Shown here one piece after another: positions 1 to 8,523 of a stretch of 64,000 nt of DNA. The position numbers were made by a program, and so were the translations under genes. The notes beneath the pieces are model-generated. The model did not search any database. It saw only the letters and a program-made list of their open reading frames with translations, and had not been told where the DNA came from. The stretch covers positions 37,341-101,340 of the forward strand of contig JBBRNT010000002.1 in assembly GCA_038230095.1 (NCBI GenBank), given 5' to 3'. Source of the DNA: Candidatus Saccharimonadia bacterium. Its GTDB lineage: Bacteria; Patescibacteriota; Saccharimonadia; UBA4664; JBBRNT01. Positions within the stretch are counted from its first letter, which is position 1. Every line of letters begins with the position of its first letter.

Positions 1-1
1 G

Positions 2-175
2 CTCAGCTGGGCCGAGCGCAACGCCAATGTACAGACCACTCAGACCCCAGCCCGGGACGACAACTACGTGGCAGATACCACCAAGTTGTGCCCGGAGTGC
101 CGGCAGGCCAGCCTGACCTTCCAGCAAGGGTGCAGCATGTGCATCACGCCGGGGTGCGGCTACAGTGCCTGCTGA
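2..175 (+). CDS. 3' end of a ribonucleotide reductase (class II NrdJ-like); gene starts upstream of the window
   Basis: The frame ends ...KLCPECRQASLTFQQGCSMCITPGCGYSAC* (stop at 173-175). A terminal CxxC-(~10)-CxxC-(~5)-CGYSxC zinc ribbon is typical of adenosylcobalamin-dependent RNR C-termini. Confidence 0.45.
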   Translation, partial: LSWAERNANVQTTQTPARDDNYVADTTKLCPECRQASLTFQQGCSMCITPGCGYSAC

Positions 176-224
176 CCAAACTTTGCTCCTGACCCCAGGG
201 TCTTGAGCCGTCCACCGTCCATCA

Positions 225-254
225 GGGGCGGTCGCTTGTGCGACCGCCCCTTTT
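225..254 (+). terminator. Rho-independent terminator after the reductase gene
   Basis: ggggcggtcg / cgaccgcccc form a 10-bp stem with loop cttgtg, followed by TTTT. Confidence 0.5.
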
Positions 255-265
255 CATTGCTATAT

Positions 266-294
266 TTGACAACGCTGCAGCCAGTTTGTATAGT
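266..294 (+). promoter_or_regulatory. Near-consensus sigma70 promoter (TTGACA-N17-TATAGT)
   Basis: TTGACA at 266-271, a 17-nt spacer, TATAGT at 289-294. The predicted TSS is about 300-301. Confidence 0.45.
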
Positions 295-300
295 CGCTTC

Positions 301-393
301 ATGAAGTCTTTCGGCACAAACGTAGTAGTGATTATCTCGGCCCCGGTAAAGGGCCTGCTGCTGTTTGTCCATCAAGAGGCTTCGTTCCGCTAG
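301..393 (+). CDS. Possible leaderless micro-ORF (30 aa, MKSFGTNVVVIISAPVKGLLLFVHQEASFR); may instead be a small RNA
   Basis: The ATG lies at the predicted TSS of the upstream promoter. The ORF is followed by a terminator hairpin at 424-445. There is no SD, and no homology is recognisable. Confidence 0.2.
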   Translation: MKSFGTNVVVIISAPVKGLLLFVHQEASFR

Positions 394-423
394 ATTTTCC
401 AAGAACTCCACCCACACGAAGCC

Positions 424-445
424 TCTGCGAAAGCAGAGTTTTTTG
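424..445 (+). terminator. Rho-independent terminator
   Basis: ctctgc-gaaa-gcagag hairpin followed by TTTTTT. Confidence 0.5.
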
Positions 446-446
446 G

Positions 447-536
447 TTCTAGGGTAGAGGTATCGGACTGTAGCACAGCACGGTGGTGCACCCTCCTTCG
501 GGAGGAAGGTCGTGGGTTCAAATCCCACCAGCCCGA
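447..536 (+). ncRNA. tRNA-like element: canonical T-arm and acceptor-like 3' strand; no canonical cloverleaf found by eye
   Basis: GTGGG-TTCAAAT-CCCAC T-arm at 512-528, followed by 7 nt and a discriminator A. Upstream is a hairpin like a long variable arm (cctcc-ttcg-ggagg). I could not find a matching 5' acceptor strand or a canonical anticodon arm. It could be an unusual or intron-containing tRNA, a tRNA remnant, or a tRNA-like structure. Confidence 0.3.
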
Positions 537-579
537 CGAGCGAAAGTTCATTGAAAACCGAGATCAAAAGGAGTTCGTG

Positions 580-840
580 ATGACTACTACCAGCGATGAG
601 GTGCTTATTGCTCCGCCCGAACCGCAAGGCGTCTGGGTGACCGTGGAGAAACTAGCGGGAGTGCTACCGGGCAGCTTGAGTATGCTGCTACGCGGACTCA
701 CGTACCAGTACTCGCCGCGGGGTGAATTGCAACCCACCAACCTGCTTCATTTATGCATGTTGCCAGAGGAAGCAGAAATTGTTCGGAAAAGGGTGAGAAG
801 TCATAAACACCCATATCGACTAGTGGAGGATACGCCATGA
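580..840 (+). CDS. Hypothetical protein (86 aa)
   Basis: Strong SD AAAGGAG 8 nt upstream of the ATG. Native-like codon usage. Overlaps the start of the next ORF (ATGA). Confidence 0.5.
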   Translation: MTTTSDEVLIAPPEPQGVWVTVEKLAGVLPGSLSMLLRGLTYQYSPRGELQPTNLLHLCMLPEEAEIVRKRVRSHKHPYRLVEDTP

Positions 841-1085
841 GCCCGGAGGTAGAGACGAACGTCACATTTCGTATCCGGCCTGAACGGGGTGCGACAATAG
901 CTCACTTGCGCCGACTGTTTCATGACTTGGATTCCGACACGCCGTCGGTGCTTTCCATGCGGCTGGAGCCGTTTACCGTAAGCCTGAGCCAGCAGGATGG
1001 CATGGCGGTGCGCAAGCGTCTGAAAAACCCCTACTGTCCGTTCCACGAAGACCTGTCCGTTGTTGAAGCCATCTACTCAGAATAG
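837..1085 (+). CDS. Hypothetical protein (82 aa)
   Basis: Translationally coupled (ATGA overlap) with the previous ORF. No recognisable motif. Confidence 0.45.
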   Translation: MSPEVETNVTFRIRPERGATIAHLRRLFHDLDSDTPSVLSMRLEPFTVSLSQQDGMAVRKRLKNPYCPFHEDLSVVEAIYSE

Positions 1086-1092
1086 GGGCACT

Positions 1093-1407
1093 ATGAGCCG
1101 ATCCAAGCACAATGGTAGTAAGAAGATAAGCCCAGACCGGCGGAAGCTAGTCCAGGCCGGAAGCGGTAGTGGCGGAGTGCAGCTGGTCGTAGCTGCGCCG
1201 CCGAAAGTATTCAGCCTGCGGTTTGTGGTATACGATGACCGGGCAGGCAATGTGAGTACCGCCCAGCTGGCCCGCCACAATGCCACGTCTGAGCAGATTG
1301 AGCTGGTGCGATCTAGACAACCGATTACGCTGCAGTTTGGGGACCCAGCCGCCAGGCGCCGAGCTATGGGCTGCCTGAACTCCTTTGGCCGCTGTATCCT
1401 GCCCTGA
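1093..1407 (+). CDS. Hypothetical protein (~104 aa)
   Basis: ORF in series with the two preceding small genes. Start chosen at the internal ATG (MSRSKHNG...). Confidence 0.4.
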   Translation: MSRSKHNGSKKISPDRRKLVQAGSGSGGVQLVVAAPPKVFSLRFVVYDDRAGNVSTAQLARHNATSEQIELVRSRQPITLQFGDPAARRRAMGCLNSFGRCILP

Positions 1408-1472
1408 CCACCTGTACAACTGCCCCGGGATGCGTTACGTATCCCGGGGCTTTGCATGCTATTATAGTCCTA

Positions 1473-1730
1473 ATGCGTGCCATTATTCTTATCACTACGC
1501 CTGGCCCAAATGAACGTGAGGCTCTGCGCTTTGTCCAGGATCTGGACCGCCTGCGGGTGGAGGCGGAGATAGTGGAGGCGGATAGCCGCGAGGGGATTGC
1601 CATGCGCGAGCTCTACGACGTCATGGCGACGCCAGCGGTCGTGGTGGCCAAAGACGATGGCGCATTGGTGGAAATGTGGCAGGGGAGCTGGCCACAGCTG
1701 TCTGAAGTTAGCTATAATTACCACACCTAA
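1473..1730 (+). CDS. Glutaredoxin/NrdH-like thioredoxin-fold protein lacking the CxxC active site
   Basis: MRAIILITTPGPNEREAL...ATPAVVV..DGALV has the spacing of NrdH/glutaredoxin-like redoxins (I.IYTxPxCPxC...GxPxI). The CPxC position reads GPNE. Confidence 0.4.
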   Translation: MRAIILITTPGPNEREALRFVQDLDRLRVEAEIVEADSREGIAMRELYDVMATPAVVVAKDDGALVEMWQGSWPQLSEVSYNYHT

Positions 1731-1738
1731 GGACAGCA

Positions 1739-2005
1739 ATGCTAATCGAAGTTGCCGCAACATTTATTGATCTCCTGGTACTCTGCTTTAATTTTCTGTT
1801 GCTCAGCCGGGTAATTCTGTCCTGGTTTCTGACTACAGAAAACGCTATTTACCGCTGGCTAGTAGAAATAACTGAGCCGCTACTAGGACCGGTGCGACGG
1901 CTGCTGCCCAAGACGGGCGGCCTAGATCTAGCGCCGCTGGTAACATTCTTTTTACTACAAGGCATACAAGTGGGCGCGCACTATTTGCTTGCGCATCTTG
2001 CCTGA
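1739..2005 (+). CDS. yggT: YggT-family membrane protein
   Basis: RVILSWF...ITEPLLGPVRRLLPKTGGLDLAPLV matches the YggT/Ycf19 signature. SD AAGGA upstream. Confidence 0.65.
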   Translation: MLIEVAATFIDLLVLCFNFLLLSRVILSWFLTTENAIYRWLVEITEPLLGPVRRLLPKTGGLDLAPLVTFFLLQGIQVGAHYLLAHLA

Positions 2006-2039
2006 CGTATAATAAGCCCACAATAACTAAAGCGTTTCG

Positions 2040-2215
2040 TAGGCAACTGCGATGAAGCGGCAATCACCCGCCAGCCGCCGGAAGAGTTCCAGATGGAATG
2101 TAGAACCGGTCGCCACTCGAGCGTAAGCGAGCTAATGAAGTCCACCACCAGCAGGGTGGTACCGTCCCGCAGATTGTGGGGCCCCTGCAGACGGTGGTTT
2201 TTTGATTGGAGCGTG
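2040..2215 (+). promoter_or_regulatory. Putative T-box leader (Ile specifier) controlling ileS
   Basis: T-box-like motif CAGGGTGGTACCG at about 2152-2166, overlapping a terminator (ccgtc..ctgcagacgg + TTTTTT, 2162-2203). An upstream candidate specifier loop contains A-ATC-A. Confidence 0.45.
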
Positions 2216-2216
2216 T

Positions 2217-5156
2217 ATGAAGAAAGCCCCCCAAGCCGATTTCCCCGCTTTTGAAGCCGAAATACTCAAGATCTGGGATGCCGAGAAGACCTTTGAGCAA
2301 AGCCTAGAACTGCGCCGCGGTGCAGAACGGTTTAGCTTCTACGATGGCCCGCCGTTTGCCAATGGTTTGCCCCACTTTGGTCACTCACTGGTAACGAGTA
2401 TTAAGGACTCGCTGGGCCGCTACCAGACGATGCGTGGCAAGTACGTAGAGCGACGCAATGGCTGGGACTGCCATGGCCTGCCGGTAGAGTTCGCCATTGA
2501 GAAGCAGATGGGAGTAAGCGGCAAGAAACAGATTCTGGAGCTTGGTATAGCCAAGTTTAACCAGGCCTGTCGGGACTCGGTATTTATGTATAAAGCCGAT
2601 TGGGAGGCATTCTTTCACAGAATTGGGCGCTGGACAGATACTGAGAATGCCTATGCCACCATTGACCGCGACTACACCGAGAGCGTGTGGTGGAGCCTGG
2701 GCCAGGTCCACGAGAAAGGCCTGCTTTACCGCGGCTACAAGAGCATGCCGTACTGCCCGCGTTGTGAGACCCCGCTGTCCAACTTTGAGCTGAATGAGGG
2801 CTACCAGGACAATGTGCCAGATCCCAGTGTATACGTGAAGTTCCCGCTAGTGGATGAGAGTGGCACGGCGCTACTGGCCTGGACTACTACACCCTGGACA
2901 CTGCCGGCCAACGCTGCCTTAGCCGTGGACGCTAAGGCCGACTACGTCACCGTGGAGCTACTAGGCAATGGTGATAGCTGGAAACAGGGCGACCGGCTCA
3001 TACTGGCCAAGGCCCGCTTGGGTGAGCTAGAGCTGCGCAAAGCTGAGTACAAGACTGTAGTAACTCAGAAGGGGAGTGAACTAGCAGGGCTGCGCTACCT
3101 GCCACTCTACGATCTCGCGACCGACTTTACCGAAGCAGAAGCGGCGGCTGTGCACACCGTGTACGTTGATGAGTCTGTGAGCCTAGAAGATGGTACGGGC
3201 ATCCTGCACGTAGCACCACGGTACGGCGAGAGCGATCTGGGTATTGGTCAGCGTGAGGGCCTGCCGCTGATTGAGAGCGTGGGGCGTAATGGCCACATGA
3301 CCGAGCAGATGGGGGAGTTTGCTGGCATGTTCTTCAAGAAAGCCGACAAGTTTATTACCCAGGATCTAGTTGAGAAGGGTAGTATATTTGCCGCTGAGAC
3401 CTTTAACCATACCTACCCGTTCTGCTATCGCTGCGAGAGCCCACTGCTGTACTACGCGATCTCAACTTGGTTTATTCGAGTATCTGAGATTCGCGAACAA
3501 ATGCTTAAAACAGCGGAAGAGATTGAGTGGACCCCTAGCCATATTAAGGCTGGTCGGTTTGGTAAGTGGCTGGAAGGCGCCCGCGACTGGGCTATTAGCC
3601 GCAACCGCTACTGGGGCGCACCTATGCCTATCTGGGTGAATGAGAAGGATGAGAATGACTATCTGCTGGTCTCTAGCCTAGACGAGCTGCGTGAGCTAGC
3701 GGGCCAGGATGTGAACCTGGACGACCTACACCGGCCGTTTATTGATGATGTGGTAATTCGGAAGGATGGCAAGACCTACAAACGCATTGAAGAGGTGTTT
3801 GACTGCTGGTTTGAGTCGGGCAGTATGCCAGTGGCGCAACAGCACTATCCGTTTGAAAACAAAGATGTGTTTGAGGCGTCGTTTCCGGCTGACTACATTG
3901 GCGAGGGGCTCGACCAGACGCGCCTGTGGTTCTATGTGCAGCATGTGCTTGCTACCATTATATTTGACCGGCCAGCCTACAAACACGTGCTGGTGAACGG
4001 TATGATTATGGCTTCGGATGGGCAGAAACTAAGTAAGCGACTCAAGAACTACCCACCGGTGGAGGAGGTGTTTGCCAGCGAAGGCGCTGATACCTTGCGG
4101 TTCTACCTGCTGGGCAACGACCAGGCGCTCGGTGCGGACTATATGCGATTCGACCGCGCTGCTATGCAAGACATTTCTCGCAATGTGTTTAGCACTCTGT
4201 GGAACTCGCTAAGCTTTCTGTCTATGTATGCTGAGATTGATGGCTGGGAGCCCGACAAGCACCTTGCGGAGCCTAAGTCTGACAACGTGCTGGACCAATG
4301 GATGCTGGCGCGACTAAACCAGGTGATTGCCGAGATGACTACAGCGGCCGATAACTACGAAATTGCCCAGGCACTGCGGCCATTCCGCGGGCTGGTTGAC
4401 GACCTGTCCAACTGGTATGTACGCCGCAGCCGCCGCCGGTTCTGGAAGAGCGAGGATGATGGCGATAAGCAGAGCGCCTATGCCACTCTGCACTACACCC
4501 TGGCACGCATGGCGCAGCTACTGGCACCCTGGAGCCCATTCATTGCCGATAAGCTGTGGCGGGAGCTCATGGTGGGCACCGAGCAGCCGCTAAGCGTGCA
4601 CCTAAGCGATTGGCCGGTAGCTGGTGCGCAAAACATTGCGATTTTAGACCAGATGGAGCTAACCAGGTTGATTGTCACCGAGGCACTTTCTAAGCGCGCT
4701 GAGGCCGGTATTAAGGTTCGTCAACCACTGAGCTTGCTAACCGTTGCTTCCTTGGAGGAGCTACCTCAGACTCTAGTAGATATTATCGCAGAGGAAGTGA
4801 ATGTCCAACGGGTACTGCTTGATCGCAAAGCGGCGGTAGCGGGGGCGAAGTTTGATGTTCGACTGGACACTGAGATCACAGATGAGCTGCGGCGTGAGGG
4901 TGTAGTGCGGGATCTGGTGCGGCTTATTCAGAGTACACGTAAGGCCGAGGGGCTGGAGGTAGATGACCGGATTGTATTGCAGCTGGTGACCCCTTCGGAT
5001 GAGATCCAGGCGGCGGTTGAGCAGTTTGATACCCTGATTATTCGCGAGACGCTAGCCGAGCAGCTGACAATAGAGCTGGGTGAGGCCGGGGTAGACGTAC
5101 CACACAAGCTGGCCGGTAGCACTATAGTGATCAATCTGAAAAAGGCTATAAAGTAG
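2217..5156 (+). CDS. ileS: Isoleucyl-tRNA synthetase
   Basis: Class-I HIGH region (PPFANGLPHFGHSL), KMSKS (KLSKRL), and long IleRS-type architecture (~980 aa). GGAG SD 7 nt upstream of the ATG at 2217. Confidence 0.95.
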   Translation: MKKAPQADFPAFEAEILKIWDAEKTFEQSLELRRGAERFSFYDGPPFANGLPHFGHSLVTSIKDSLGRYQTMRGKYVERRNGWDCHGLPVEFAIEKQMGVSGKKQILELGIAKFNQACRDSVFMYKADWEAFFHRIGRWTDTENAYATIDRDYTESVWWSLGQVHEKGLLYRGYKSMPYCPRCETPLSNFELNEGYQDNVPDPSVYVKFPLVDESGTALLAWTTTPWTLPANAALAVDAKADYVTVELLGNGDSWKQGDRLILAKARLGELELRKAEYKTVVTQKGSELAGLRYLPLYDLATDFTEAEAAAVHTVYVDESVSLEDGTGILHVAPRYGESDLGIGQREGLPLIESVGRNGHMTEQMGEFAGMFFKKADKFITQDLVEKGSIFAAETFNHTYPFCYRCESPLLYYAISTWFIRVSEIREQMLKTAEEIEWTPSHIKAGRFGKWLEGARDWAISRNRYWGAPMPIWVNEKDENDYLLVSSLDELRELAGQDVNLDDLHRPFIDDVVIRKDGKTYKRIEEVFDCWFESGSMPVAQQHYPFENKDVFEASFPADYIGEGLDQTRLWFYVQHVLATIIFDRPAYKHVLVNGMIMASDGQKLSKRLKNYPPVEEVFASEGADTLRFYLLGNDQALGADYMRFDRAAMQDISRNVFSTLWNSLSFLSMYAEIDGWEPDKHLAEPKSDNVLDQWMLARLNQVIAEMTTAADNYEIAQALRPFRGLVDDLSNWYVRRSRRRFWKSEDDGDKQSAYATLHYTLARMAQLLAPWSPFIADKLWRELMVGTEQPLSVHLSDWPVAGAQNIAILDQMELTRLIVTEALSKRAEAGIKVRQPLSLLTVASLEELPQTLVDIIAEEVNVQRVLLDRKAAVAGAKFDVRLDTEITDELRREGVVRDLVRLIQSTRKAEGLEVDDRIVLQLVTPSDEIQAAVEQFDTLIIRETLAEQLTIELGEAGVDVPHKLAGSTIVINLKKAIK

Positions 5157-5190
5157 GCTATACTAGAACTCTAGTGGTGGAGGGGTTTGC

Positions 5191-6300
5191 TTGTTTAAAG
5201 CGCGGTTTTGGCGAAATTTTGACTGGATACTAGCCGGAATTACCAGCTTACTGGTGACAATTGGGCTGGTCGTCATCTATGCCACGTCACTCAAAGACGC
5301 GGGTACAGTGGCGCCTGCCGATGTACGCAACCAGATGGTCTACGCCGTCCTCGGCTTGGTGGCACTAGTGGTGGTGGCTAGGATTGACTACCATGCTTGG
5401 GGCAAGTTCACTACCTGGCTGTACTTTGGCTCACTGACACTACTGGTGATCGTGCGGTTTGCCGGTAAGACGGCCCTGGGTGGGCAACGCTGGATTAATC
5501 TAGGCCTTTTCCAGCTACAGCCCTCTGAGCTGTCAAAATTTGTACTCATTATTGTGCTGGCCAAATTCTTTTCAGAACGCTACGAACAAATGGATAGAGT
5601 GAGCAACTTATTTATCTCACTAGCCTATGTGCTCGTACCCTTTGGCCTGGTTCTAGCCCAACCAGATCTGGGAACGGGCATGGTGCTACTGGTCATATGG
5701 GTAGCCATGGTCCTAGCTACGCCGGTCCGCAAAGTCTGGTTGGGAGGTATGGCGGCGGGTGCCTTGGCTCTGCTCCCCATAGTCTACCGGGTGATTAAGC
5801 CCTACCAGCGTGAGCGTATTTCAACCTTTCTCAACCCCGCGGCCAACCCGCTGGGTAGCGGCTACAACGTGGTTCAGTCCACCATTGCTGTAGGCAGTGG
5901 CCAGCTGTTTGGACGGGGGCTGGGGGCGGGTAGCCAGAGCCAGCTCAACTTCCTGCCGTCCCAGCACACCGACTTCATCTTTGCAGTGCTTGCAGAGAAG
6001 TTAGGATTCGTGGGTGCCGTGATGCTACTGGGACTATTTACCGGGCTGCTTGTACGCGGGGCTACTATTGCGTGGCGCTCGAGGGACCGGTTCGGCATGT
6101 TCTTGGCTCTGGGGATTGTAGCAATGATCCTGTTCCATATGTTTATTAATGTGGGCATGAATATTGGCATTATGCCGGTGACGGGTATCCCACTGCCATT
6201 TGTGAGCTACGGTGGCACCAGCCTTCTGGTAGGGATGATGGCTATTGGTATGCTCGAGAGTATTGCTACGCGACGCAAGAAGATAGAATTTGGCAGCTAG
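5191..6300 (+). CDS. SEDS-family peptidoglycan glycosyltransferase (RodA/FtsW)
   Basis: Polytopic membrane protein with the FtsW/RodA signature GYNVVQS.IA.GSGQLFGRGLG...SQ..FLP..HTDFIFA. TTG start with a GGAGG SD. Confidence 0.85.
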   Translation: MFKARFWRNFDWILAGITSLLVTIGLVVIYATSLKDAGTVAPADVRNQMVYAVLGLVALVVVARIDYHAWGKFTTWLYFGSLTLLVIVRFAGKTALGGQRWINLGLFQLQPSELSKFVLIIVLAKFFSERYEQMDRVSNLFISLAYVLVPFGLVLAQPDLGTGMVLLVIWVAMVLATPVRKVWLGGMAAGALALLPIVYRVIKPYQRERISTFLNPAANPLGSGYNVVQSTIAVGSGQLFGRGLGAGSQSQLNFLPSQHTDFIFAVLAEKLGFVGAVMLLGLFTGLLVRGATIAWRSRDRFGMFLALGIVAMILFHMFINVGMNIGIMPVTGIPLPFVSYGGTSLLVGMMAIGMLESIATRRKKIEFGS

Positions 6301-6365
6301 TGCGAGAGTCTTTACAATCTGCTCTCAATCTGATATTCTAGCGTAGTTATAAATCTGGAATTTCC

Positions 6366-6665
6366 ATGCAAGCTGTTATTGCCACTGGTGGCAAACAATA
6401 CATAGTAGAAAAAGGTCAGACGCTCGAAGTCGAGTTGCTTGGCGACCTCAAGAAGATTGAGTTCGAAGCACTGCTCGTAATGGATGGCGACAAGATCTCG
6501 GTCGGTACCCCCTCGGTAGCTGGCGTTACGGTGAAGGCCGACGTCCTCGAAGAGGTAAAGGGCGACAAGATTAAGGTTCTGAAGTTCAAGGCCAAGAAGC
6601 GCCAAAAGACTCTGACTGGCCACCGTCAGCACTACTCCCAGATTAAGATTGTTTCGATCGGCTAA
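6366..6665 (+). CDS. rplU: 50S ribosomal protein L21
   Basis: MQAVIATGGKQYIVEKGQTLEVE... is a typical L21 sequence. Followed by a strong terminator. Confidence 0.9.
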   Translation: MQAVIATGGKQYIVEKGQTLEVELLGDLKKIEFEALLVMDGDKISVGTPSVAGVTVKADVLEEVKGDKIKVLKFKAKKRQKTLTGHRQHYSQIKIVSIG

Positions 6666-6678
6666 GCCGCGAGACTGT

Positions 6679-6705
6679 AAAAGACCCCGAAAGGGGTCTT
6701 TTTTT
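6679..6705 (+). terminator. Rho-independent terminator after rplU
   Basis: aaaagacccc-gaaa-ggggtcttttttt. Confidence 0.6.
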
Positions 6706-6785
6706 GTTCCCAGGTGTCGATGGAGCTGGCTAGGGAAGCGTAGGCGTTTATGGTAAAATGATCTGGATATGAGGGAACGAGGGTA

Positions 6786-7550
6786 GTGCACATAATAGCG
6801 CTCGCAAACCAGAAAGGTGGCGTCGGTAAGACGACCACCACTATCAATCTGGGCACCTACCTGGCTAAGCAAGGTAATAAGGTGCTTATTGTTGACCTGG
6901 ACCCTCAGGGTAATACCACCAGCGGACTAGGCATTGACCGTAAGTCTGTGAGCAAGGACCTATACCACGTGCTACTGGATGAAATTACTATTGAGAAGGT
7001 ACTGATTAAGACGCCGTATCATGGCATGATGCTCGTGCCTGCCTCGCCAGTACTGGCTGCGGCTGAAGTGGAGCTGGTAGCCAAGCCGGCACGCGAGTTT
7101 AAGCTGAAGCGGGCATTGAGAGACCTGGATTATGACTATATTCTCATCGACTGCCCACCCTCACTTGGCTTATTAACGATCAATGGGCTGACAGCCGCAA
7201 CCTCCGTGATTATTCCGGTGCAGGCCGAATACTACGCACTGGAGGGCCTGGGGCAGCTTATAACCACTATTGGTCGGGTGCGCCAGGGGCTGAATCCTCA
7301 GCTAGACATTCTGGGCGTGGTACTCACCATGCACAATGGACGCACCACACTGTCGGCTCAGGTGCAGGACGAGGTGAAGCGGCATTTTGGCGACAAGGTG
7401 TTTGAGACTATTATTCCGCGCAATGTCCGTCTTGCCGAGGCACCTAGCTTTGGCCAGCCCATCTCCCACTTCGATAAGTGGAGTAAGGGCGCCAGAGGGT
7501 ACAAGGAACTGGCACAGGAAGTAGCAGCAAGATCAGGAGGAAAAGTATGA
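6786..7550 (+). CDS. parA: Chromosome partitioning ATPase ParA/Soj
   Basis: Deviant Walker A (ANQKGGVGKTTT) and ParA-family layout. GTG start with SD. Confidence 0.85.
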   Translation: MHIIALANQKGGVGKTTTTINLGTYLAKQGNKVLIVDLDPQGNTTSGLGIDRKSVSKDLYHVLLDEITIEKVLIKTPYHGMMLVPASPVLAAAEVELVAKPAREFKLKRALRDLDYDYILIDCPPSLGLLTINGLTAATSVIIPVQAEYYALEGLGQLITTIGRVRQGLNPQLDILGVVLTMHNGRTTLSAQVQDEVKRHFGDKVFETIIPRNVRLAEAPSFGQPISHFDKWSKGARGYKELAQEVAARSGGKV

Positions 7551-8464
7551 GTTCGAACCAGCAACGAGGCCTAGGTCGAGGATTTGACGCCCTACTTCCG
7601 ACCGGCATGGACGTAGCACTTGACCCGACGGCCCAGACGGCCGCCAGTGGCGAGCGAGTGGGTGATAGCATTGCTCAGCTCCCGGTGGACAGCGTGGTAC
7701 CCAACCCTCATCAGCCCCGTCTGAACTTTGACGAAGCCGCCCTGGCCCAGTTGACGGACTCGGTGCGGGTACACGGTGTGTTGCAGCCGGTGGTGGTGAC
7801 AAGCCTGGGGGGTGGCCGCTACGAGCTCATAGCTGGCGAGCGGCGCCTGCGGGCTAGCAAGCTAGCCGGCCTAGATTCTATACCGGCCATTATCCGTAGC
7901 TTTGATGAGCAACAGAAGCTAGAGCTGGCGCTCATTGAGAACCTGCAGCGCGAGGACCTCAACCCGCTCGAGGTGGCTACTGCCTACCGCAAGCTGATGG
8001 ACCAATTCAGTTTTACCATGGAGGCACTTGCCAAGCGGGTGGGCCGCGACCAGAGCACTATTTCCAATACCGTGCGGCTGCTTAACCTGCCGACAGATGC
8101 CAAGGCGGCGTTGGTTGCGGGGACCATCTCGGAGGGCCTAGCTCGCCAGATTCTGGCGCTGGATCATCTTCCAGAAAAACAACCCGTTCTACTAGAAATG
8201 ATTATTACTAATGGCTGGACAGTACGCCAGGCGGAGGCCTTTGTCCGGAGCTTTAAACGGGGCAATACCGCTGTCAAAACAGCTCTGAAGAAGTCTCAGA
8301 CAGAGAATACCCTCACGAAGGACCTGGGTGAGTACTTGGGTACAAAAGTTGAACTGTACAAAACAGCCAAGGGTGGCAAGCTCATGATTGAGTATTACTC
8401 GGAGGAAGAGCTGGACCGAATTTATGACGCTATAAAGGGCCGGATTCATCGCCCCAAGAAGTAG
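7547..8464 (+). CDS. parB: Chromosome partitioning protein ParB/Spo0J
   Basis: ParB box (LIENLQREDLNPLE), HTH region, overlaps parA by 4 nt. Confidence 0.85.
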   Translation: MSSNQQRGLGRGFDALLPTGMDVALDPTAQTAASGERVGDSIAQLPVDSVVPNPHQPRLNFDEAALAQLTDSVRVHGVLQPVVVTSLGGGRYELIAGERRLRASKLAGLDSIPAIIRSFDEQQKLELALIENLQREDLNPLEVATAYRKLMDQFSFTMEALAKRVGRDQSTISNTVRLLNLPTDAKAALVAGTISEGLARQILALDHLPEKQPVLLEMIITNGWTVRQAEAFVRSFKRGNTAVKTALKKSQTENTLTKDLGEYLGTKVELYKTAKGGKLMIEYYSEEELDRIYDAIKGRIHRPKK

Positions 8465-8484
8465 CCTGCCATGCCTTGGGTAAC

Positions 8485-8515
8485 AAAAAACCGCCCTGGC
8501 TGTGGGCGGTTTTTT
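8485..8515. terminator. Bidirectional terminator between parB (+) and lepB (-)
   Basis: aaaaaaccgccc-tggctgt-gggcggtttttt. Confidence 0.55.
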
Positions 8516-8523
8516 GGCGCGAG

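Noticed and set aside
447-536. tmRNA (ssrA) interpretation of the tRNA-like element
   Set aside because: No G3:U70-compatible acceptor, since the 3' strand lacks U at position 70. No upstream tag reading frame ending in Ala-Ala-stop. Only about 240 nt separate the upstream promoter and the element. I kept it as an unassigned tRNA-like element.
160-627. 155-aa minus-strand ORF whose translation includes GFEPTT
   Set aside because: It is the reverse-complement translation of the tRNA-like T-loop (GGTTCAAATCC). It also spans a promoter and a terminator on the other strand. Spurious.
2385-5134. Numerous antisense or alternative-frame ORFs (60-200 aa) inside ileS, secA, pyrG, mrdA, the histidine kinase, etc.
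   Set aside because: They are nested inside long ORFs with clear homology on the other strand or frame. No SDs or motifs. Typical of GC-rich sequence.
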